DNA of 64,000 nucleotides from Daphnia carinata (Eukaryota), in the NCBI RefSeq assembly GCF_022539665.2, contig NC_081333.1, positions 12,462,001-12,526,000 of the forward strand, in the 5' to 3' direction. The notes beneath the pieces were generated by a model. It ran no database searches. It was not told the origin of the DNA and saw only the letters and a program-made list of their open reading frames with translations. The position numbers were made by a program, and so were the translations under genes. Shown here in pieces: positions 1 to 10,400 of the stretch; within the stretch, counting starts at the first letter, position 1, and each line of letters starts with the position of its first letter.

Positions 1-438
1 TGGTGAAACAATAACAAGGGCTTAATTAATAGCCTGAAAAAGCGGGGTTTTGTGCGAACTCGTGGAAATTTAATTTATAAAAAGGCGGGCTGAAGAAAAT
101 CGAAAAATTCGAAAAACCGCTGCAAGAAAGTGGCATCTAGCGTTAATGGAAATAAGCCGCGAAGTAAACAAACGTCAAGGCCTCGAAATAGATCAGCCGG
201 CTGCTTAATAACCTTTCACAGCTACGTGACTATATAAATGACAAAGGTTCGCCTCCGAGAACACACATTATTTTGAAATTTTACTAGTCAGAACTTCCGT
301 TGTTGGTTTTACCTCACTGTTTAGCTTTTATCTCGTTCCATTCTTGTAGTAATTCGTAGAATCACATAGACCCTAGATCTTTAACTAGTCCAACATTTTT
401 TGTTAACGACGTGCATAGTGAATCGTGTGATCATAACA

Positions 439-1919
439 ATGCATCTTAGCGGTGTTTTTAGAAGATTTAAAAATGAAATTATAAGGAAGTATTATACTTA
501 TGCTACTGAACCGTTTCATTCATTGCCATGAGCACCAATCACTGCTTCTGCAGAAGATGCCATAAAGGTTGTCAAGTCTGGTGACAACATTTTTGTTCAC
601 AGTGCAGCAGCTACTCCATCAAAGCTTCTAGCTGCATTAGCTAACCATGGAAAGCAAAATAGACAGGAGAGAGTCACAGTATGTCACATCCATATTGAAG
701 GAGCAATGGAGTACTTGAAACCAGAGTACAGTGGTAAACTCAACACCTCAATATTCTTGCACTTATGTTTGCATAAATGGTATCATCTTGTTATTTTTGT
801 CAGGCATATTCCGTGATAATTCCTTCTTCGTTGGTGCCAATGCTAGGGAGGCAGTCAACACTGGTAGGGCTGATTTCATACCCATCTTTCTCTCCGAGAT
901 ACCACTGTTGTTTCAGCGGAAGATCATTCAACTAGATGTTGCCCTAATCAACGTAAGATAATGACTATTACAACAATATAATGAAAACTTTAGTGAGAAT
1001 GTTATTTTTAGGTTTCTCCGCCTGATCAGCATGATTTCTGCAGCTTTGGTCCCAGTGTGGACGTGACGCGGCCTGCCGTAAAAAATGCCAAGTACATCAT
1101 AGGCCAAATTAATCCAAAAATTCCGAGAACCTTTGGTGATGGGACAATCCACGTTCCCATTTGGACTGTATCGTCAACGTAGATGAAGAGCTTCCACAAA
1201 GACCTCCATCAAAAATCAGTTCAATCGAAAACGCCATTAGTCGATTGATTGCCGACAGTCTGGTTGATAATGGGGCCACCCTACAAATGGGTATTTTCTT
1301 TTTTCTTTGTTCGCTACAAAAGTGAGTTCTTTTCTTTATTTCTCAGTTGAATTATCCAGGTATGGGAAATATCCCTGACGCTGTACTTTCGTCGCTAAAA
1401 AGCCATACAGACCTCGGAATACACTCGGAAATGTTTAGCGATGGCGTAGTAGATTTGGTTGAAGCTGGCTGCATTAGCAATAGCCAAAAAAAGATACTAC
1501 CTGGCAAGATTGCGGATAGTTTCTGTCTGGGGTCTCGAAGGCTTTACGATTTTCTTGACAACAACCCATTCATAGGTACTCAATTCGCATACTCACGTAG
1601 AATTCTTTATTAATAAAGAGCTTTCAACATTAACTTGCAGTTATGGGTGACGTCCAATGGGTTAATTCGTCTTCATTGATCGCTCAGAATCCCAAGGTTA
1701 CAGCCATCAATTCGTGCATCGAGATTGATTTAACCGGCCAAGTTGTAAGCGACTCCATTGGAACTAGAATGTATTCTGGTAATACGTTTATCGAAGAGGC
1801 CTTTACTAGAAAATTTTAAGCAGTAATTATGGATTTACTGGGTGTCGGTGGACAGGTTGATTTTCCACGTGGAGCAGCTATTTGTCCAGATGGTGGTAAG
1901 CCAGTTTTGGCATTACCGT
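439..1919 (+). pseudogene. Acetyl-CoA hydrolase / 4-hydroxybutyrate CoA-transferase family pseudogene, 3'-truncated
   Basis: Six exons (about 439-733, 804-952, 1012-1290, 1340-1576, 1641-1778, 1842-1919) give family motifs VKSGDNIFVHSAAATP, GRADFIPIFLSEIP, GATLQMGMGNIPDAV, LGIHSEMFSDG, INSCIEIDLTGQV and SGVGGQVDF. Lesions: in-frame TGA at 529-531, frameshift near 1155 (HVSHLD), last acceptor reads TGG instead of TAG, and truncation after KPVLALP. Confidence 0.9.
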
Positions 1920-3000
1920 GACTAGAAAGTTGGTTCCCTAGTGAAATTGCTCAGATTAAGAAGCAATTCGAAAATCAGTTGGCGAGCGAACGGGAGAGAA
2001 CAGAGAATTTGAGCAAACTGGTCAAAAATGCCAAGTCTGAGAACGAAGAATTAGCTAAACGTGAAATAGTTCGTCTGGAAGAGACTTTAGCACATTTGGT
2101 AGAGGAGAAAACCCGTCAAGTTCAGACATAAGTCAACAATGAAGTATCGCAGTGTAATAACTCTGTTTTACATTGGACTGTCGCCCGTCAAGATGCCAAT
2201 GTGCAAACAGAGGAGTCGCCCATTCCGGTCAGTAGCCTTCCAATGGAACAAACGGTGCCTTTGTTGAAGGTTGACAAAATTGAACCTACTGAATCGAATC
2301 CTTCAAAAAACGAAACGTATTCTCGCTGGGATAATCGAGATCTGCAAATCCATTGTCAGTGCGACAGTCTTCAGAAACAGGTGGCACGCGTTGAACAGGA
2401 AATGCAATTGCTCAAGCAAAAGAACTTATCGTTTCGAAAAAATCCGCCAACGAGGAAAAAGAACACACCCGCGAAGGCTCAACGGGAGACTTGGTGGTTA
2501 GACACTGACGAGTCGACAACATCGAGCACATCGCCTGTTTCCGATTGGAGACACTCTAGAGGCAGAAGCCAGTCGATGACAAACCTGAACGCAAGCAGAG
2601 ACAGTTTAGCCGGGAAAAAGTCAACGCCCATTCAACGAGCACGTGAAGGACTTTCTAAGAGTCAAACGCCCAGGAGAGCGGTAAACACAATTTCTCAAAT
2701 ATGAGTTTCATTTCGTTATTTCTTACTATCGTTCATTTCAATTTTTTTCTGTCCTGATGTATAGTGGATGGAAGATCTATCCACTGACCATTCTTTGCGT
2801 GTCATACACACCTCAGGAATTAGTAGTGCAATTCCAACGAGCGAATGGGACACGGTTCTGAGCTCCATACAGAAAATTAGTGGCGATCTACAGGAAGTGT
2901 AGTCTCATATTGGACCATGACCAAGACCGTTATCGTACCTCTCTTACCAGAGTATGTTCTAATGTTACCTCATTGTTTGCTGTCACACAAACCTAATTAA
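1920..3000 (+). pseudogene. CEP164: Partial genomic duplicate of the 3' part of the CEP164-like gene (copy of 14298-15390)
   Basis: Colinear with 14298-15390, intron sequence included. Carries new stops (TAA 2129-2131, TAG 2900-2902, TGA 2918-2920) and an in-frame deletion of about 15 bp near 2330-2345. ORF 2201-2704 matches the C-terminal part of ORF 12533-15097. Confidence 0.93.
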
Positions 3001-5084
3001 ATCAAGCATCAAAAGAATTGCTCAACCTCTGTCGCTATGGTGATAACGAATGATTTCCAGATTTGATCAAACGTCCGTTTAATTTATATTTCTTTCAAAA
3101 CAGGTTTTTTTTTACTCTTCTCTAATATCTAAATGCAGTTTGTGACCTGGATTATCTTAACATTGCTCCACGGCATACCTCACGATAATAGGAATGCTCG
3201 TTTACCTCACCTTTTTTTGCTCCGAGACGTAACGCTTTTGCCGCAGCGCTACTGAAATTTTCGTTTTGCCCTATATTAGCCTTTGTAATTATGAAAGTAA
3301 TGAAACATTTTATAATGTGGATTACTCATGGGTTTAAGTTCGTCTTAACCAGATAGCAAATAACGTCATAGGCTTTCTCAGTTAGCCACGCTAAAATGCA
3401 GGAAGTACCCAATCCTCCACGAAAAACCAAGACCTGCGTTTAGACCATGCCTCTAAAATGAAGAACAACTGATGAGTTATTTTTTGTGCTTGAAAGGTTT
3501 CACAGCGAACACTGTTACATCTGTCCAGCTTCCAAAACTATTGTTTTTTGTTGTGCAAAGTTTTTACTCGCAGTCAAACCATGAAAGGCGCTGTCGGTGG
3601 GATCATATTATTAAATATTGACTGTTTTTCTCTAGTTGGATGTAAGACTTCGGTTACTTGCTTCTCCTTGTTAATTTACAAGTGTTTCCCTGCTAACATC
3701 TACATTTACAATAGCGTCACCTTAATTTGTCTGCCGATTTTTGAAACAAATGTGTTTTGTAATGCTTTCCTGCCTTTCCATTGTTTTCCCGTCGTCTCGT
3801 CATCTATTTTATGATTTTATAATAATATACGTATTTTATGAGCAGCACTCTGTATTCATCTCCTGTTTTTTCGGGGTTTTGTATTGCTGAATTAAAAGAT
3901 TGACTGCTACTGCAAAGCTGTTCAGTAATCAGCCAGGCTTTACGTAGAAATGCCGCAAATTAAAGAAGGAAGATGCCACTGAGGTATGGCAACATGGATG
4001 TTTCAAATGAATGCCAATGAATACCATTGTGGCAGCAAAGGATTTAAGCAGGACGCAAAGAATTGGGCGCATCATACAAACTCCTGTTTAGGGAATGGTC
4101 AGATGCTAAATTTCTCTGGATAGAAAAAAACCTTATAATTTAGGAGTGAATGCATTTCCAGGGAAAACTACTGTGTTCTAGCAGACGGCAGTTTGTAAAT
4201 AAGCAAAGCAATTTTGGGTCTTATGTTTATTAATTTTTTCAATTACTCTTCAAGTAGAGTTAAAGTACTTCGATTTTGAAGGAAGATGACATTGTCTCTG
4301 TTGTATATTAACTTTTTAATGATAACTCCATCTTCTTTGGATGAGACACGGTCACCATAAATTTAATTCATTATATCGATATTCTGTTTGCGCAGAAGCA
4401 ATAATTATCATTCATCTAAACAATAGAATCTGCCTGAAAGTAGATATGGCTTATGAAATCATTTTTTTTTTACTCTGATAAAACATACTTTGAGGAAAAA
4501 AAATATAAATATAAAAAGAAAGGGAAGGGACTTGTTCGTGTAACTTGAATCGCAACAGTTAGTTGACCACCGCAGTGTGAGCGTAATAGTCGCCACAGGA
4601 CCCTTTGAGTTTACCGGGGTATCCCCCCCCCGGCTCTCATCAGTTACTTGACCCAGACGAATCTAAACCTAGCTGGATGTTTCTTCCAACGGAACTGCCT
4701 CACATAGTCACGTGATTTACCATCATATTCATGCATAGCTCGAATATCACAGTGTGGATGGGGGACCATCCATCACAGAAATGATCATCGACAATTCCGC
4801 ATCTGTCTCCAGTTTTGGCCATCCGGACGATCTACAGACCTAGCCAACACCATGACGCTTACCACGACTCACATGCAACACGGTGGGACCAACTGCTTGT
4901 TCAAGCCGACTGCATGACTAGAATGTCTAATGAAAGGTACTTTGCGATCAGATCTCTCATCCAGCCCTCCTTTCATTCTACACTCAGTCGCCTATTGTAC
5001 TAAGGAAGAATCCTTAGTCACTAGCTTGCCCCGACCCACTAAGGGGATGTTTCATCAACGTTAATATACCGTGAAACGCAGGGT

Positions 5085-5113
5085 ATAAAAGCGCTGCTGC
5101 TGAAATCGTCAGT
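5085..5113 (+). promoter_or_regulatory. TATA box plus arthropod Inr-like core promoter with no clear downstream gene
   Basis: TATAAAA at about 5085 followed about 24 bp later by TCAGT. No convincing ORF downstream. Confidence 0.35.
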
Positions 5114-6135
5114 ATTACAGTCAAAGGGGGAAGAATATAATTTTGGAGGTGCATCAAAGTAAAATGAAACAGTGAACTGTATTCACAAAGTTATATTCCT
5201 TTTGTTGGCAGAAATACCAAAAGAATATATTGATCTCCAGATTTATAAAACGACTTTTAACAGTGACTACATTACGGAACGCCGTTTGACCCATTTTTGT
5301 ATAGACAACTTGTGCTCCATGGTTGACCGTTTATTTGGCAACTCCGCGAGTCGTCTCGATCATTTTTTTAGGTAATTTCCTTCGCTTTTTTTCATTTTAT
5401 TTAGCTCGATGTCAAAATAAGCCTGTTCTCCGTGATCAGCAATCAATTTCGAATAGGAACAATGGGAGGAGACAAGGAGCTAGACTATGGGGTCTGTATC
5501 AGAAGTTGTAATTTACAACTTAAGATTTTTCCCACAGATGGTGCCAGAAAGCAATAGTGAAACAATAACAAGTGCTTAAGCTTCGAAATCTCCTCCTCAA
5601 CTGTTGCAGCTGTCATCACTACCACTGTCTGGTGTGTACATACAGCCTGGAATGGTTTGACGATTTTTAAAAATATCTTCTTTGTTTTGTTTCGCTAAGT
5701 CACACATCTCGTATTTCAACGCTTAAAGTGGATAGGGATTGCTTAGGTTATAGTTATAGGCTTATCATTGGTTCAGGTACAAATTACACTGCAGTGAAAT
5801 GCATTTTCCTTTTTCACAGTATATGAGCCACAGGTTTGATTGGAGCAGCTGCATACATTGCACACCATTCCAATAAATCACAACGTAAGTGGAGCAGAAT
5901 TCTTATGCAACTTGTCAGCATTGGTATGATTTTTGTATTTTTTTATCCATTTTCAGTAGCTGGCATTGCAAGATTTTCTCCTTCCCTAGGATTTGCATCA
6001 GTAGGTTCAGCAAGACTTCTGTATATTTACCCATTTAACGTCACTCACAACAGCCAACGTTGAGAATCCAAATAAGAGAACAGGGATGGTTGAAAAGATT
6101 CATAAATGTGTCATATTGGCCAGGAGAAAATACAC

Positions 6136-6285
6136 TCAATATCCAACTTTACCAAGCTTAGTGTCAGTTTTAGGATTAGCAGTGAGGGCTTGAACAGAAA
6201 CAAGGCACTCATTGATTTTTGTTTGAAGGTCTCTTAGATCATGGATAAACAAGTAACGAAGAACATTAGCAGCATTGCTAAGTTC
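6136..6285 (-). pseudogene. RTRAF: Isolated C-terminal fragment of RTRAF (C14orf166/CGI-99)
   Basis: Translation ELSNAANVLRYLFIHDLRDLQTKINECLVSVQALTANPKTDTKLGKVGY* matches the characteristic RTRAF C-terminus (..LRELQTKINEAIVAVQ..ADPKTD..LGKVG). No upstream RTRAF exons are recognisable. Confidence 0.8.
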
Positions 6286-6359
6286 AGCAAGACTTTTGAA
6301 TATATACCCATTTAACATTACTTACAACAAGCCAATCTAAAATTTCAGGCCTTGTTCCT

Positions 6360-7590
6360 TTTGGGAACGGGCAATCAAGATTGTTCATATATTGCTCAAA
6401 AGCTTGGTTCCACTGTATAGCTGTTGTGTTTCTTAGTAGTTCTCCGTCTTCAACCTGGAACTAGGTTGTCACCATTTCAGGTCAGGTTGAAAAACACATC
6501 GCCATCTCCAGATTGATGTTTCGTTCAGATATTTAATGGTATTTTAAAGATTTCAGTGCTTCTGCTGCCATTCCTGGATAGATCGGAGGACGACTTGCAG
6601 ACTCGTTTCCGTCGACAACAAAGAATATCGTGCCACTGCTGTGTTGGCCATGATTCTTGGAAACACAATGTGTCTTGTTGGTGGATCGGAGGTTTATATA
6701 ATCATGAGACGCATAAGACATCTATTTAAGTAGAAGCACCTAGACTTTACATTCTATTTGCTAGGGTTGGGGAGTGGAGCAGGAGCAGCATTGTTGGCAG
6801 AAGTGTGCCGAACAACTTTTTATAGGGGAGAGGACATCAGTTTTATCTGTGTGCAGCGACCTTGGACAAGTTGGACTCCTCATTGGTACGCTAATGGTTT
6901 GCAGATTTAATTTACAGCCGATTGCATACGCTTATTTGAGTTTGATAGGTCCAGGTTTTCAAATCATTCTAGAGTATATCAACTTTACCTTGTTCGGTGG
7001 TGCGCTTATCGTGCGGCCATTTAACGCACCCGTACTGTTTATGGCCGTTCTGTGGATTTGCTTCCTCATGTTTTTGCGTGCGTTGTATCAGAACCTTGAT
7101 GTCAGTATTTCATTGGTGGTTTCAGGGAGTATTTCATTGAAGAAAATTTGAATAGAGAGACCGCCCCACATCCTGCCACATATTCAACCTATATAAATGG
7201 TAAAACCTTTTTATACAAAAAAAAAACTCAACTTATTTGTTATTTAATTTTTTTTTCAGAATTTCTCCATGACGATACCGTCGTACTATTCGGAATGACA
7301 GCAATACTGTTCTTTGGTCAAGTTTCTATAGAGGTAACTTTCTTTTTTTCGTTCCGTGTGATAGCTGCAAATTGCTTAATGAGTTCTTTGGTCTTAACAG
7401 ACTATAATTCCTCCCTGTTTTCAAGGCTTTTCGACAACACCAGCTTCGAAATCAGTTTAGTTTATATGGTAAACTGTAAGAAGCAATCTTTAAGAAATCA
7501 CCTCCTTAATGTTTTCTCATGGGTTGGAGGTTTTTCCGTTGCAATCTATTTGCTAGTGTCTGTAACGACAAAACTTAGCCTTCCTTAGCA
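6360..7590 (-). pseudogene. Decayed intron-containing gene, possibly of the transposon-associated SAMD3-like class
   Basis: Minus-strand remnants KQYGCVKWP and MSYASHDYIN resemble the YGC.xW and TY..QR..IN motifs of that class. Many stops; recognised from memory only. Confidence 0.25.
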
Positions 7591-8268
7591 CTCAAACTCA
7601 AACATGCACGAGTATTTTGTTGTAGTGCATTTATCAATCCACGAATAAAACGCTAAAAAATTATTTGAATAATATGTCTACGTACTCCGTTTTTTTATTT
7701 CAATAGCGCTGGATTTTTAACTTCATTGATATTCTTGCCAATTTGCTAATAAGGTGCATAAAACATGCCTTTTGCTAAAATTTTACCATTGCTGCATCAT
7801 ACTGGCGCACCAACATTGTTCGCCGTTTTTTCCGTTTATATCAGAAATTTCTAATGCTATGAAAAATACAAAGTCAATTTTCAATTTCGATAGTTTAAAC
7901 ATTTTTTTTAACACGAAAAACACATTTCATGTGTGTCGCGCTAGTACCTTCCGGTAGTAAGGTGGGTCTCAGGTAACACGGAGGCCTAGCTCTATCAGGG
8001 ATGCATTAAATGATATATTCTGTTTTTACTTTTCCGAAAAGTTGTTCAAACATGTTTGAACAACATTTCTAAAAATTGGAACGTTAATAATCCCTATTAC
8101 TTCTGCAGTAAAAAATAACATAGAATGACATAGAATAGATTTTATGTCGAAAACCCCTTCCCAGTGGACGAGATACGCACCCTGTTGTATTAAGGCAGCT
8201 GAAATCATAATGAAAATTTATATTGTTTCTTATTTACCTCTGAAAGAGTTCTATAACAAGAATCCAAA

Positions 8269-9303
8269 ATGGGTAAGACGCATAACAATATTCAAGTCCA
8301 TACATCTTCAAGAGTGATACGAACACTGGTAGCTGAACATGAAGTTAAAAACGCACCAATAGTCCAACGCGTAATTGTGCCGTTGATTTTACCGGAACCT
8401 CAACCCCAGCCGGAAGCTGAGCCAGAACTAAGTACTGACGAAGTAAGTACGGATGACATTTACATAGCAGAAGCATTGTTCTTCTGCCTCACATATGTCG
8501 TTACTCCGGCCGTGCGCTACTTTTTGTGCAGTAAGGGACTGATTTCCTCTAGGGCTACTAACTGTGACTTCGCAGATATCATGGAGATAATAAATTCCTA
8601 CAACAACGATAGGAACTTTCTTGTTATCCCTCTTTCGACCATAGAAATTCGTAACGCAATCAATGCCAGGAACACGGCCTGCCACATCAATCTAGCTGAA
8701 GTGAAAACAAACTGGTCCGAAAACTTATCCATTTGGGTCAAGCTCTGCCAAAGTGTTGGCGATGAAGATAGTGCTGCAGACGTGCAGACTGTACACACCC
8801 GCCTCACGGAGGGTAAATATCATCGTGCAATCGCCAAAAAACGCTTTGTCTGTATAACGGGCACCTACGACGAAAATGCCTCTTTCGGTCTTAGTTTGAT
8901 TTTATATAGCTGCCTTATAAGATATGTTAGTCCATCACTCCGGACCTTCTTGATAGAAGTTAAACATGCAGCTACGTCAACGAGCTTTGACGTCTACAAA
9001 AATTTGAAAAGGATTATAGCAGAACAAAAATCTAATAGAAATTACCTCGCAACAGGTGCGTCTCAAAGGAATGATGCGTCAATGTTGAAGGCAGCAATGG
9101 ACGCTAGAAACAACGTGTGCCACGGTAAGTTTTCGCAAGGTTTTTGGTTTTGGAAGATGTACCTACAATCGTGGGTAGACCTGCTGGATGTTATAAATGC
9201 AAATGAAGCTGCCGCACAAGTTAAGGATGTCCTTAATGCGATCGAAATCTCTGAAAGACATGCTACACTGATTCACGCTAGAATGCTACTTTTCCGAAAT
9301 TAA
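8269..9303 (+). CDS. Intronless 344-aa protein with two tandem HEPN-like (Swt1-like) domains, putative endoribonuclease
   Basis: Intact ORF with AAAATGG start context and AATAAA at about 9794. Internal duplication CLTYVVTPAVRYFL..DF..DRNFL..ARNTACH..W..L..W..L..AADV versus CLIRYVSPSLRTFL..DV..NRNYL..ARNNVCH..W..L..W..L..AAQV. Both halves keep Rx4H. Confidence 0.8.
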   Translation: MGKTHNNIQVHTSSRVIRTLVAEHEVKNAPIVQRVIVPLILPEPQPQPEAEPELSTDEVSTDDIYIAEALFFCLTYVVTPAVRYFLCSKGLISSRATNCDFADIMEIINSYNNDRNFLVIPLSTIEIRNAINARNTACHINLAEVKTNWSENLSIWVKLCQSVGDEDSAADVQTVHTRLTEGKYHRAIAKKRFVCITGTYDENASFGLSLILYSCLIRYVSPSLRTFLIEVKHAATSTSFDVYKNLKRIIAEQKSNRNYLATGASQRNDASMLKAAMDARNNVCHGKFSQGFWFWKMYLQSWVDLLDVINANEAAAQVKDVLNAIEISERHATLIHARMLLFRN

Positions 9304-9349
9304 AATGAGATTTTTGAATTCTGTAAACCATTCGAAACTGTTGATAGAG

Positions 9350-9642
9350 TGGTGCCCGTTGTTTATCCGGAATATGGAAGAACTACCAATGGCTATTCAC
9401 CGAAAAAAGATTGCGAACGAGTCGTTTAACCTGAATGATCCTTTTCCCATCCTAAGGTGGAATTTTCATTTCAGGTAAACAGCTCGACCAGTCCACTTCG
9501 GTGCAACAATGTAGCCAACCAATTAATGGTTGGCTAAGCCCGTTTCCGGTTAACAATGCGGCGCCCATCACTTTTCCGGAATATGGAAATATTACCGGTG
9601 TCAGTTTTTGGAAAAACGATTACGACGGAGTCGCTTAACTCG
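9350..9642 (+). repeat. Diverged direct repeat of about 80 bp (period about 210 bp) with an internal 10-bp hairpin
   Basis: TCCGGAATATGGAA...GAAAAA.GATT.CGA..GAGTCG.TTAAC occurs at about 9366-9430 and 9575-9639. TAGCCAACCA/TGGTTGGCTA stem at 9512-9536. Confidence 0.7.
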
Positions 9643-10400
9643 ATAATTACACGGGGTCCCGTCTGCGTTTGCTGAACAGCATCGACAGAAGTCATGAATG
9701 AACCGTGAGTAATGTATTAAAAAACATTTCGAACGTTATACAGTAACCGTAAGGTTTTGTTCAAAATTTTGTAATATTCAACTCCAATGTCGAAATAAAA
9801 GGTTTTGTCCTTAAATATTCATTTCTGCGTACAATGTGGTTTATTCAATCAATTCAGCGTAAATTTAAATATTTTTAATTAACTTACATTTTTAGATTTA
9901 TTTGTAGACGTACGTATACTTTCAGAAGCATTCATACTTTTCGAAATTTAATTCCTCGTTTTCAAATCACGACGCTAGATGGCGATTGCGCTGTCATTTT
10001 TTGACGTCTGTATATAGCCTGACAACACACATGTGTGAAGGCCCGTTGCTTTTGTGAGATACACTGTTTATGAAACAGTTGATCAGCACTGGTCGTTTGG
10101 TATATATTTACCAAATTTTTGGCAGAACTGTAACGCAATTTGGTAACGCTATAGTTTTTAAACCCGTTGTGTCGAGATCAGGAAAATTCTTCAAAATAGC
10201 GTCAGATTTTCGTCATATTACGACCAGGTAAGTTCATTAACATTTGAGTTCTATAGCTGGAGTATACTGCATAAACTTTCGGGTCTTACGTTAGTCTATA
10301 ATACGATTCCCTATCTCAGAAGCTTTTCTAGCTATTAATCATGTTTGAACAAAATTTTAGGAAACATGAAGATTTTCTGTAAAAGCAGCCATCAAAAAAT

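Noticed and set aside
529..531. In-frame TGA in the CoA-transferase gene as selenocysteine or readthrough
   Set aside because: The same copy has a frameshift, a broken acceptor and a truncation, so decay is the simpler explanation.
1919..1925. TGA-CTAG readthrough motif at the chimeric junction
   Set aside because: It is a by-product of the junction, and the upstream frame is already broken.
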